This document shows positions 29,296-38,656 of a stretch of DNA of 64,000 nt, one piece after another (position 1 is the first letter of the stretch; each line of letters opens with the position of its first letter). A program made the translations under genes and the position numbers. Location of the stretch: the NCBI GenBank assembly GCA_040005235.1, contig JBDTZG010000025.1, forward strand, positions 13,485 to 77,484, read 5' to 3'. Under the pieces are notes generated by a model. That model did not search any database, was not told the DNA's origin, and was given only the letters and a program-made list of their open reading frames with translations. The DNA is from Acidobacteriota bacterium (GTDB lineage: Bacteria > Acidobacteriota > Thermoanaerobaculia > Multivoradales > UBA5704).

Positions 29296-30578
29296 GTTCG
29301 ATATTGATTCACGGCGGCCGGCTGATCGATCCGAGCCAGGGGCTCGACGGACAATTCGACCTGCGGATCGAAGACGGAGTGGTGGCCGAGATCGCGGAGC
29401 GGATCGAGACCTCTGGGAATGGCACGGACACGATCGACGCGACCGGCCTGATCGTCTGCCCGGGTCTGATCGACATTCACGTCCACCTGCGCGAGCCGGG
29501 CTTCGAATACAAAGAGACGGTCCAGACGGGCACCCGCGCGGCGGCGGCGGGAGGGTTCACCTCCGTCGCCTGCATGGCCAATACCGACCCGGTCCACGAC
29601 AACCGCTCGGTCACCGGCCACATCATGAGCGAAGCGGCGCGCTGGGGCTACGCGCGGGTGTATCCGATCGGCGCGATCAGCAAAGGCTTGCTGGGCCAGG
29701 AGCTGGCGGAGATCGGCGAGATGGTCGGGGCCGGAGCGGTCGCGGTCTCGGACGACGGCAAACCGGTGATGAACGCCGAGCTGATGCGCCGCGCGCTGCT
29801 CTACGCCCAGCACTTCGGCATCCCGGTGATCCAGCATGCGGAAGACCTGAGTCTCTCCGGCAAGGGCGTGATGCACGAGGGGGAGTGGTCGACCCGTCTC
29901 GGCCTCGAAGGCATTCCCGGATCGGCCGAGGACGTGATGGTCGCAAGAGACCTGATCCTGCTCGACGACACGGGCGGCCGCTACCACGTCGCGCATCTGT
30001 CGACCGCGCGCAGCTTGGAGCTGGTTCGCCAGGCGAAGAAGAAGGGGATTCCGGTCACCTGCGAGGTCACGCCCCATCATCTGGTTCTGACCGACGAAGA
30101 GGTCGCACGCAGCTCTTTTTCGACCCAAACCAAAATGAAGCCGCCGCTGCGCTCCGAGGCGGACCGCCTGGCGCTGATCGAGGGCCTCCAAGACGGCACG
30201 GTCGACGCCATCGCCTCGGACCACGCGCCGCATCACGCGGACGAAAAAGACGTCGAATATAACTGTGCTCCGTTCGGCATCCTGGGGCTCGAAACCACGC
30301 TGCCGCTCTGCATGGAGCGCCTGGTCCACGCCGGGCTGATCTCGATGTCGCGCTTCATCGAGCTGCTGACGATCGGCCCGGCCCGCGCGCTGAACCTCCC
30401 AGTGGGCACGCTGGCCCCCGGCAAACCGGCCGACGTGACGATCTTCGACCCCGACCGCGAAGTGACCATCGATCCCGAAGCGTTTTGCAGCAAGGGGCGC
30501 AACACCCCGTTCGGCGGCTGGAAGCTGCGCGGCGCGGCGGTGGCTACGGTGGTGGGCGGTCGGCGGGTGGTGGTGTAG
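29292..30578 (+). CDS. pyrC: Dihydroorotase
   Basis: [30 protein letters not shown]; ATGA overlap. Confidence 0.95.
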
Positions 30579-30614
30579 GGGCGGCCCTGCCGTCCCCAGC
30601 GCCTTCGATTTGGG

Positions 30615-32186
30615 TCATTCGATTCGCGGTAGGCGCACCTCGATCGTTGCTCCTCCCAACCGCCCCTCCGCCGCTCGGACGTTGCCGCCGTAGCCTTCGA
30701 CGATCGCTCTAACGATCGCCAGGCCCAGGCCGGCGTGGGGGCTTGCAGCGCGGCTTTCGGAGCGGGAAGTGAAAAACCTTTCGAACACGCGCTCGCGATC
30801 GGCGGCCGGAATGCCCGGTCCTTGATCGGAGATCTCGACGCCCACCTGGGTGTCGGTCGAGCGGAGGCGCAGCGCGATCCGGCCGTCAGGCGGCGAGAAA
30901 CTCGCGGCGTTGTCGAGAAGGTTTTCGAACGCTTGGGCGAGCCGATCGGGGCTCGCGCGGGTCCAGAGTTTTTCTTCGGGAGCATCGAGCTCGAAACGGA
31001 GCGTGGGGTGGAGGAGCTTGAAGCCCTCGACGAGCTTTGTGACCAGATCGCGGAGTGCCACGCGCTCCGTCGGTTCGGCTTCCAACCGTGCGTCGATCGC
31101 GGTGATCTCGCCGACGCTTCCCAGCAGACGTTCGAGGCGGGAAATCTCGGCGAGGGCGAGATCGGAGAGGCGGCGGTGCTCTTCGGCCGTGCTTTCTCCG
31201 TCGAGCAGCTCGATCGCATTGCGAATCGCCGCGAGCGGATTTTTGAATTCGTGGGCCACGTCGGCGGCGAACGATTCGATGAAACCTAGGTGACCTTCGA
31301 GCCGTGCGGTGAGCGCTTCGAGCGCGCGGGCCAGCTCGCCGATCTCGTCCCGGCGTTTCAGGCCGCGAAAGCGGCCTCTTAAACGGCCTCGCCGGTCGAC
31401 CAGGTCGGCGGCCTGGGCGGAGAGGCGTGCGAGCGGCCGGCTGATCGTGGTCGCGAATAGGAGCGAGAGGAGGAATGCGGCGCCGATCGAGGCGAGCAGG
31501 ATTTCGAAGATCCGGAGGCGCACGGCGTAGAGCGAGCGGAGCACCCGAACGGTCGATTGGGTGACGACCACGGCGCCGATGATTTCGCCACTGCCGCCGA
31601 TTCCCCGCACCGGGATCGCGCTGTGGAGCGTGAGCGACCGCTGGCCGGGAGAGCGCTCAATACCGCCGCCGTAGCGGCCGGAAAGAGCGGCGGACAGCGC
31701 CGTCCGGAGGCCGCTATCCCGCGGACCTCTCCGTGCGTTCCCTGCCGATTCGTCACGCGATTCGAGCAGGGGCTCGAAGAAGCGAAACAGCGCGGCGCCG
31801 AGCCGGTAGATTGGGTTGCGGCGCTCGGGCGAGGCGCGGGCCGCCTCGCTTCCCGGGTCGGACGAATAACTTCGACCGGCGTCGGGTGGCGGTGGTGGTG
31901 GAGTCCCTCGGCTTGAATCCGCGAGCGGCAGGCCCGTCGCGCCATAGATCCGCAGGCGGCTTTCGGTCCGCGCTTCAAGCCGAGCGATCAGCGCCGCAGC
32001 GTCCTCGGCGGTCAAGGATTCGCGACCTCCGAGTGCCGCGGCGAGCAGGCGCCCCTGCTGGACCATTCCTTTCTCTTGTTGGGTGAGCAGCTCGCGCTCG
32101 TAGACGTCGAGGTAGAGCAATCCGGAGACCGGCAGGAAGACGAGCAGCAGGTTGAACAGCAGGAGCCGGGTCGAAAGGCGGAACAT
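30615..32186 (-). CDS. Sensor histidine kinase (ChvG/CreC-like, HAMP)
   Basis: Two TMs, DEIGELA, VAHEFKNPL, NLLDNA, DQGPGI, GLGLAI. Confidence 0.92.
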   Translation of the reverse strand: MFRLSTRLLLFNLLLVFLPVSGLLYLDVYERELLTQQEKGMVQQGRLLAAALGGRESLTAEDAAALIARLEARTESRLRIYGATGLPLADSSRGTPPPPPPDAGRSYSSDPGSEAARASPERRNPIYRLGAALFRFFEPLLESRDESAGNARRGPRDSGLRTALSAALSGRYGGGIERSPGQRSLTLHSAIPVRGIGGSGEIIGAVVVTQSTVRVLRSLYAVRLRIFEILLASIGAAFLLSLLFATTISRPLARLSAQAADLVDRRGRLRGRFRGLKRRDEIGELARALEALTARLEGHLGFIESFAADVAHEFKNPLAAIRNAIELLDGESTAEEHRRLSDLALAEISRLERLLGSVGEITAIDARLEAEPTERVALRDLVTKLVEGFKLLHPTLRFELDAPEEKLWTRASPDRLAQAFENLLDNAASFSPPDGRIALRLRSTDTQVGVEISDQGPGIPAADRERVFERFFTSRSESRAASPHAGLGLAIVRAIVEGYGGNVRAAEGRLGGATIEVRLPRIE

Positions 32187-32899
32187 CACTCCGGCTCCCG
32201 CAGGCGATAGCCGAGGCCGTAGACGGTCTCGATCGCCTCGGCTCCGCCGGGATCGGCTTCGGCGAGTTTCTTCCTCAGGCGCTTGATGTGGCTGTCGATC
32301 GTCCGTTCGCTCACGTAAGCGTCGTACGGATAGCCGTCTTGCATCAGTTGGGCACGGGTCTTCACGTGACCGGGATGGCGGGCGAGCGCCTGAAGGAGGG
32401 TGAACTCGGTGACCGTGAGATCGAGCGAAGTGCCTGCCGAGCGGGCGCGGTAGCGCTTCGGATCGAGAGTGAGGGCACCCACGTGGAGCAGCAGCTCGGG
32501 CTCTTCGGGCTCTGCGGCGAGGGCGGCGCGGCGGAGCAGGACTTTCACTCGGGCGGCCAGCTCGCGGATCGAAAACGGTTTGCACAGATAGTCGTCGGCA
32601 CCCAGCTCGAGCCCCAACACCCGGTCGAACTCCTCGTCGCGCGAGGTGACGAATAGGATCGGCAGCCGCTCCGAGAGAGCGCGCAGGCGCCGGCAGAGCT
32701 CGCGACCGTCCAGTCCGGGGAGCAGAATGTCGAGGATCGCGAGATCGGGAAGTCCGCGTTCGAACGACTGCCAGGCGGCGAGGCCGTCGGCGTACGGCTC
32801 CACCCGGTAACCCTCGCGGGCGAGCGCCGTGCGCATCGTTTCGCGCACGCCCTCTTCGTCCTCGACTAGGGCGACCCGTGCTCCCGTCTGCGGCGTCAT
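32186..32899 (-). CDS. OmpR-family response regulator (ChvI-like)
   Basis: VEDE, ILDI, GADDYLCKPF, RTIDSHIKRLRKK, ETVYGLGY. Confidence 0.93.
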   Translation of the reverse strand: MTPQTGARVALVEDEEGVRETMRTALAREGYRVEPYADGLAAWQSFERGLPDLAILDILLPGLDGRELCRRLRALSERLPILFVTSRDEEFDRVLGLELGADDYLCKPFSIRELAARVKVLLRRAALAAEPEEPELLLHVGALTLDPKRYRARSAGTSLDLTVTEFTLLQALARHPGHVKTRAQLMQDGYPYDAYVSERTIDSHIKRLRKKLAEADPGGAEAIETVYGLGYRLREPE

Positions 32900-32939
32900 G
32901 GCGGGCACTTTAGCCCAGCGGCCGGAGGATTCGCCGCTC

Positions 32940-32956
32940 GCCACATTTCCGCCACG
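32940..32956 (+). promoter_or_regulatory. Candidate OmpR-type direct-repeat site upstream of creD
   Basis: GCCAC-N6-GCCAC (11-bp period) between the divergent response regulator and creD. Confidence 0.45.
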
Positions 32957-33072
32957 ATCTTCCTTGCTCTCTCCTTGTCGCTGCCGCTCCCGCTCCCCGG
33001 CGATGCGATCGAATCGCTTTCGAACTTGGAGCCCGGCACTCCGCCGGGCTGAATTCTTGGGGAGATGAAGCG

Positions 33073-34491
33073 ATGTTCGAAACGGAAAGGCCGCGGAGGT
33101 GGCGCGACTCGAAGCTGTTGAAGGTTTTTGGGGTGAGCATCCTGGTTCTGCTGCTGTTGATTCCGCTCGGCATGGTCCACAGTTTGGTTCTCGAACGGCA
33201 ACAGCGACAGCTGTCGGTCCAGCAGGAGGTCGCAGGGATCTGGGGCTCCACGCAAACGCTCGCCGGACCGGTGTTGTCGATTCCCTACGAATCACTCTGT
33301 CCTATGGAGGAAACGTCAAAGAACGGGACTCAGGTCTTCGTCCCGCGCCCGTGCGAAAAGCTCGCGAACTTCCTTCCCGAAACGCTCTCCGTCAAGGGTC
33401 CTATCTCTCCAGAGATTCGCTCGCGCGGGATTTTCAACGTCGTGGTCTATCGGGCGGATCTGCGGCTCGAGGGAGCCTTCGCGGTGCCGAGCTTCGACGA
33501 GCTGGTGCGTGACTCGGCTGCCGATGCGGGACCGGTCAGCAAGGTCTATTGGTCGCGGGCGTCGTTGAGCCTCGGCATCCCCGACCTGCGCGGCATCCGG
33601 GGACGGATCGACCTCGATTGGCAAGGCCGGCGGATACCGTTTGCCCCGGGCGTCGTCGATTCGGGCCTTTGGAGCGCGGGGCTCCGCGCGCCGCTCCGGC
33701 TTGGCGACGACGGCAAGTTGCCCGCCGTGGGGGAGCGGTTTCCGTTCTCTTTGAGCCTGAATCTTGCGGGTTCCGGCGGCCTGCGCCTGATGCCGTTCGG
33801 TCGCCAGACCCATATGGCGCTGCGTTCCTCGTGGCCCAGCCCGAGCTTCGTCGGTGCATTTCTGCCGGAAACGCGGGCGATCCGCAAGGATGGTTTTCAG
33901 GCGGCTTGGAACGTTTCATATTACGGCCGGAGCTTCCCGCAACATTGGACCTCGGGAGAGACCGCGGCCCTTTCGGAGACGATCAACGGGTCTTCCTTCG
34001 GAGTCGACTTCGTCCAGCCGGTCGACATCTATCAGCAGACCGAGCGGTCGGTGAAATATGGCGCGCTGTTTCTGGTGCTCACGTTCGTGACGTTCTTCCT
34101 CTTCGAGCTGTTTCAGCCGATCCGGGTCCATCCGGTCCAATATCTGATGGTGGGATCGGCGCTCTGCCTGTTCTACGTGCTGCTGCTGTCGATCGCGGAG
34201 CAGCTCTCTTTCGGGAGAGCGTATCTCGTGGCTGCGGGAGCGACGGTCGCCCTCTTGGGCGCCTACGCCGCCGCCGTATTGCGGAGCTTAAGAAGGGCCG
34301 CTGTTTTTGCCGGAGTGCTCGGCCTTCTCTATGCCTACTTGTATGTCCTTCTCCAGGCCGAGGACTACGCGCTGCTGCTCGGCTCGATCGGACTGTTCCT
34401 GATTCTTGCGCTGGTGATGCTGATCACCCGGCGGGTGGATTGGTACGGATCGACGGCGGTGCCTGCTCAAGCCGCGGTCGCAGGGCCCTGA
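33073..34491 (+). CDS. creD: Inner membrane protein CreD
   Basis: GPVLSIPY, WPSPSFVGAFLP, RSVKYG, HPVQYLMVG, EDYALLLGS. Confidence 0.93.
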   Translation: MFETERPRRWRDSKLLKVFGVSILVLLLLIPLGMVHSLVLERQQRQLSVQQEVAGIWGSTQTLAGPVLSIPYESLCPMEETSKNGTQVFVPRPCEKLANFLPETLSVKGPISPEIRSRGIFNVVVYRADLRLEGAFAVPSFDELVRDSAADAGPVSKVYWSRASLSLGIPDLRGIRGRIDLDWQGRRIPFAPGVVDSGLWSAGLRAPLRLGDDGKLPAVGERFPFSLSLNLAGSGGLRLMPFGRQTHMALRSSWPSPSFVGAFLPETRAIRKDGFQAAWNVSYYGRSFPQHWTSGETAALSETINGSSFGVDFVQPVDIYQQTERSVKYGALFLVLTFVTFFLFELFQPIRVHPVQYLMVGSALCLFYVLLLSIAEQLSFGRAYLVAAGATVALLGAYAAAVLRSLRRAAVFAGVLGLLYAYLYVLLQAEDYALLLGSIGLFLILALVMLITRRVDWYGSTAVPAQAAVAGP

Positions 34492-34500
34492 CGAATCGAA

Positions 34501-34536
34501 ACCGGACGGAGACGCGTAGAATGTTCTCCGTCCGGT
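34501..34536. promoter_or_regulatory. 12-bp perfect inverted repeat enclosing TAGAAT (operator or terminator)
   Basis: ACCGGACGGAGA-N12-TCTCCGTCCGGT. Confidence 0.5.
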
Positions 34537-34592
34537 CCTTCCTCCTAGGGGAACGCCGCCGGAGGTGCGATCTCGGGGAAGGAAAGGCGCTC

Positions 34593-35360
34593 ATGCTCGG
34601 CATCGACGATTGGCTGGTGGGACAACACGCATCGGGAACTATGGCGTTGCTGGTCGCGCTGCTGCTCGGCCTGCGGCATGCGACCGATCCGGATCACCTG
34701 ACAGCGGTCTCGACGCTGGTCCTGTCCGACCGGCGGCAGGGCACCCGCCGCGCGAGCTGGCTCGGTCTTTCTTGGGGCCTTGGGCACGCGACGACGCTAT
34801 TCGTCTTCGGCCTGCCGGTGATTCTCTTTCGCAGCTATCTTCCCGAGGCGGTCCAGGCGGGTGCCGAGATCGTGATCGGCATCGTGATCGTGGCTCTCGC
34901 GGTGCGGCTCCTGGTGCGCTGGCGCCGTGGCGCGTTTCATGCCCATCCGCACGAGCACGAAGGGCAATCGCACGCCCACCCCCACGCCCACGAGCTGCGC
35001 GCTGCGGAGGACCACGCTTCGAAGCAGGCCCACGGTCACCGGCATGCCGAGACCCTCGGCCGCTCGCCGCTCGCCGCATTCGGCATCGGCATGCTGCACG
35101 GCGTCGGGGGGTCGGCGGCGGTCGGGGTGCTGCTGGTCGGAGCCGTCGCCAGCCGCGGTGAAGGCGTTATCGCGCTGTTTCTTTTCGCCGCCGCCACGGC
35201 GGTCTCGATGGCGCTCGTCTCGTCGGCCTTCGGCTACGCCCTAGCGCGCGGGCCGCTCTCGCGGCTGCTTTTGCGCTGGGTGCCGATCTTCGGAGCGTCG
35301 GGGATTCTGTTCGGCCTCTGGTACGCGCTCGACGCTCTGCGCGGCCTCACCGCCGGCTAG
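34593..35360 (+). CDS. Nickel/cobalt transporter (NiCoT/UreH-like, His-rich loop)
   Basis: LGLRHATDPDH, WGLGHAT, HAHPHEH...HAHPHAH, GMLHGVGGSAA. Confidence 0.85.
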   Translation: MLGIDDWLVGQHASGTMALLVALLLGLRHATDPDHLTAVSTLVLSDRRQGTRRASWLGLSWGLGHATTLFVFGLPVILFRSYLPEAVQAGAEIVIGIVIVALAVRLLVRWRRGAFHAHPHEHEGQSHAHPHAHELRAAEDHASKQAHGHRHAETLGRSPLAAFGIGMLHGVGGSAAVGVLLVGAVASRGEGVIALFLFAAATAVSMALVSSAFGYALARGPLSRLLLRWVPIFGASGILFGLWYALDALRGLTAG

Positions 35361-35371
35361 CCACAAGCCCT

Positions 35372-35408
35372 AAAAACAAACCGGCGCCCGAGGAGATCGG
35401 GGCGCCGG
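35372..35408 (-). terminator. Rho-independent terminator
   Basis: CCGGCGCCC/GGGCGCCGG stem followed on the minus strand by TTTGTTTTT. Confidence 0.6.
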
Positions 35409-35448
35409 GGAAGATCTTTTGGCGCTGGAAGCGCCCCTTCGGAGGAAT

Positions 35449-35814
35449 CTACTCGTCGCCCGATTCCGCCTGGCAATTGACCAGCTCTTTGCTGGTGATC
35501 GTCCAGGTTCCCTTGCCGCCGCAGATGTCGACCGCTTCCACGACGCACTCGTCGCCGTCTTCGTCGACCAGCTTGACGTCGTAGGTGTCGCACGGAATGT
35601 TGGTGAGCTTGAACGACTCGCCCTTGCCGATGACGTTCTCGTCAAGCTGGTCCGCGCCCCATTTGTCGGTTTCAGAGGGCGCCAGGAAGAACTGGTGGAT
35701 TTCCCACTCGCTCTGGTTTGCGACGGTCACGGTGGCACTGGCTGCGGAAGCGACGGTGGGAAGGGTGAAAGCGAGAGCGCACAAGGCGCCCACGAACAGC
35801 GCTGACTTCTTCAA
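35449..35814 (-). CDS. Small exported acidic protein
   Basis: AAGGAGA RBS, signal peptide ASA, WGADQL...CDTYDVKLVDEDGDEC. Confidence 0.8.
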   Translation of the reverse strand: MKKSALFVGALCALAFTLPTVASAASATVTVANQSEWEIHQFFLAPSETDKWGADQLDENVIGKGESFKLTNIPCDTYDVKLVDEDGDECVVEAVDICGGKGTWTITSKELVNCQAESGDE

Positions 35815-35875
35815 TGGATTCTCCTTTCAGGGTAGGACATGAGAATACCACGGCGGCGCGGTAGAATTCATCGCG

Positions 35876-38644
35876 ATGTGGCCTTCCCTCCGTAGTTTTT
35901 CCATCTCTTTTCTGCTTGCCGCCCCGGTCCTTTCGCAGGCCCAATCCGTACCCTCGGCCCATTTTGCCGTGCCCATCGACGTCGTCGATGGCAAAGGCCG
36001 TCCGGTCGAAGACCTAACCCTCGGGGACCTGGAGCTGACGGTCGGCGGGGCTCCGCAGAGGACCGCGGACCTCGGCGCCCCCTCTAAGACTTCAACCTGG
36101 CGGATCGTGCTCTATTTCGACCGGGTGACGACCGGCACGCGCTCTCTGCGCGCCGCGGCCGATGCGCTGATCGAGCAGCTTCCGGCGCTGGTGGCGCTCG
36201 GCGAGGTCGAGCTGGTGGTGGCCGAGCCGGAACCGCGCGAGCTGGTTCCGCCGACCCGCGCGGTAGCGCCGCTCGAAGAGGCGCTCGCCCAGCTGTTCGT
36301 GACGGCCGAAGGGCGCGACGATCTACGCCAGGCCCGCGCCCGGTTCGCCGCTCGGGAACCGGCGCCGGGCGATCTTCCGGGGGCCGATGCCAAAGACGCT
36401 CTCGGCACCGAAGAGCGGATTGCGCTGCGTCAACAGGATCGTTGGCTGGAGCTTCTGGCCCGGCCGTCTGCGGAGCCGATCGAGGGGGCCGGGTTCTCTT
36501 CGAGCCGAAGACCGCGCGCGATCTTTTGGGTGAGCGATGGCTACGACGTCGATCCGGCGCCTGCTTACGGCGTTTTAAGAACGGGCGCACCGCCGCTCGA
36601 CCGGGCTTCGCGGGCGACGGCGGAAGCCGCCGCCGAGCTGGGATGGACCGTCTTCGCGCTCCGGCTCGGGGACGAGAAACTGCCCGACACCCGGCGCTGG
36701 GGGCTGGCGCCGATGCAAGGCGGCCTCGGCGGTCGCGTGAGCCTGCCGGTGCCGATTCGCCCGATCGAGCCGACCGTGCCGCTTCCTTCGCTCGCCGACC
36801 CGGAACGGTCGTTGCGCCGGATCGCCGAGGTAACCGGGGGAGGGTTTGCCGCGACCCGGGCGGAGGTGGGCGCCCTCGTCGCTTCGTTCGGCCGGCGCCG
36901 CCAGCTTTCGTGGGACGGCCCGGTGCTGCCGGCCGGAGGCTCGGCGACGATCGAGGTGCGGGCGAAAAAAAGCGCAAGGATCGTCCGCGCCCCTTTCCGG
37001 ATCGGAGCGGGAATACCGGCCGAGGTGGCGGCGGCGCGCGGCAGAGCGTTGCTCGCGGGCGAGGATTTGGACGTCGAATTCGACCTGCGCGCCGAGGAGA
37101 TCCCGGGGGTCCCCGCGGAAGTTTCCGCGACGCCCGGGACATCCTCCACCAGCGGGACGGCGACCCCGGCGCGGATCGAAGCGCGGATCGAGGCGGTCCC
37201 AGGTGCTCCGGCTCTTCGCTACACGCGGCTCGTCGATTTGTTCGCGGCGCCCGAAGCGCTCGCACCGCCGGTAAATGTGCCTCCCGCCGGGACTTCCGGC
37301 GAGGCTTCCGGCGTTCGGGTGGAGAGCTGGCCGCTGGCACCCGGCGACGCGGGGGGCGGCGTGCTGATCGTCGACGATCCGGCCACCGGCCTGTTGGGCG
37401 CCTCGTTGATCGAACGATCGGAGATCCCGGGTGCGCCCACCCGAGAGGACATCGCCGAAGTCGACGCCACCGCGCCGGGAACCGGTGCGGCCCCGACCGC
37501 CCGGCGGCCGAAGAACGGTCTCTCGGTCAGGATCCTCCGGCCGCTGCCGGGCAAGGCCGAAGGTCCGGTCGAGGTCGAAGCGGAGGTCCGCATGGCGCCC
37601 GACGCGCGGCTCGATCGAGTCGAGTTCTTCTGGAACGACGAGCTGGCGGCGACCGCCTATATAGCGCCGTTCAAGCGGGCGGTACCGGTTCCGCGGGGCG
37701 GTCCGGTGGGATTCCTACGCGTCGCGGCGCGCTTGGCCGACGGCACCGTGGTCGACGACGCGGTGCTGATGAACGCGGGCGCCTCCGGAGAGCGGGTGGA
37801 CGTCCGGCTGGTCGAGGTGCCGGTGGTGGTCACCGATCGTGCCGGCCACCCGGTGCGCGGCCTGGTGCGCGAGGATTTCCGGTTGAAGAGGAACGGTACC
37901 GCGCAGGAGATCGCGGGCTTCGCGGATGCCGGCGATTTGCCGCTCACCTTGGCGCTCGCGGTCGATTCCTCTGCCAGCATGTTCTTGAAATTGCCGCGGG
38001 TGGAGCGGGCGGCGCGCTCGCTGCTGACCTCTTCGCTCGCGTCGCGCGACCGCGCGCTGCTGATCGATTTCGACAGTACGCCGCGCCTGCTCGCGCGCCC
38101 GACCCGCGATTTTCTCGGCGTGGCCGAGGCGCTCTCTTCGCTCCACGCCGACGGCGGCACGGCGCTTTGGAGCGCGGTGACCTTCAGCCTCCGCGAGCTG
38201 GCGGGCGTCGCCGGCAGAAAGGCGCTGGTCGTCTATTCCGACGGCGTCGGCGAGGAGGACCCGACCTCATATGGCGACTGCCTGCGCGCGGCGCGTGCGA
38301 GCGGCATCCCGGTCTATCTGATCCTTTCCTCCTCGATCTCGGCGCGGAAAGCCGGCTCGCTGCTGCGCGAGCCGTTGGGCGAAAAGCTGGAACGGCTGGC
38401 CCACGCGACCGGCGGCGACGCGATCTTTCTCGACGCGAGCCTGGGCGCCGATCCGGGGCCGACCGACGATCTGTCCTCGGTCTACCGCCGGATTCTGGCC
38501 GAGCTGCGCAGCCAATACGTGTTGACGTTTTATCCGCCGGAAGGTAGCAGCGAGGCTTGGCAGAACCTTTCGGTCGAGGTCAAGAAACCGGGCCTCTCGG
38601 CCCGCGCCTTGGAGGGGTACGTCCCGCGCCGGTCAGCGCAGTAA
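35876..38644 (+). CDS. VWA domain protein (Acidobacterial type; degenerate VWA + Ig-like + VWA)
   Basis: Signal peptide; DSSASM MIDAS, GGTAL, YSDG, ELRSQYVLTF. Confidence 0.85.
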   Translation: MWPSLRSFSISFLLAAPVLSQAQSVPSAHFAVPIDVVDGKGRPVEDLTLGDLELTVGGAPQRTADLGAPSKTSTWRIVLYFDRVTTGTRSLRAAADALIEQLPALVALGEVELVVAEPEPRELVPPTRAVAPLEEALAQLFVTAEGRDDLRQARARFAAREPAPGDLPGADAKDALGTEERIALRQQDRWLELLARPSAEPIEGAGFSSSRRPRAIFWVSDGYDVDPAPAYGVLRTGAPPLDRASRATAEAAAELGWTVFALRLGDEKLPDTRRWGLAPMQGGLGGRVSLPVPIRPIEPTVPLPSLADPERSLRRIAEVTGGGFAATRAEVGALVASFGRRRQLSWDGPVLPAGGSATIEVRAKKSARIVRAPFRIGAGIPAEVAAARGRALLAGEDLDVEFDLRAEEIPGVPAEVSATPGTSSTSGTATPARIEARIEAVPGAPALRYTRLVDLFAAPEALAPPVNVPPAGTSGEASGVRVESWPLAPGDAGGGVLIVDDPATGLLGASLIERSEIPGAPTREDIAEVDATAPGTGAAPTARRPKNGLSVRILRPLPGKAEGPVEVEAEVRMAPDARLDRVEFFWNDELAATAYIAPFKRAVPVPRGGPVGFLRVAARLADGTVVDDAVLMNAGASGERVDVRLVEVPVVVTDRAGHPVRGLVREDFRLKRNGTAQEIAGFADAGDLPLTLALAVDSSASMFLKLPRVERAARSLLTSSLASRDRALLIDFDSTPRLLARPTRDFLGVAEALSSLHADGGTALWSAVTFSLRELAGVAGRKALVVYSDGVGEEDPTSYGDCLRAARASGIPVYLILSSSISARKAGSLLREPLGEKLERLAHATGGDAIFLDASLGADPGPTDDLSSVYRRILAELRSQYVLTFYPPEGSSEAWQNLSVEVKKPGLSARALEGYVPRRSAQ

Positions 38645-38656
38645 ATTAAGGTTGCG

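Noticed and set aside
30575-30600. GTAGGGGCGGCCCT as a GTAG-family REP
   Set aside because: Single, poorly palindromic copy overlapping the pyrC stop
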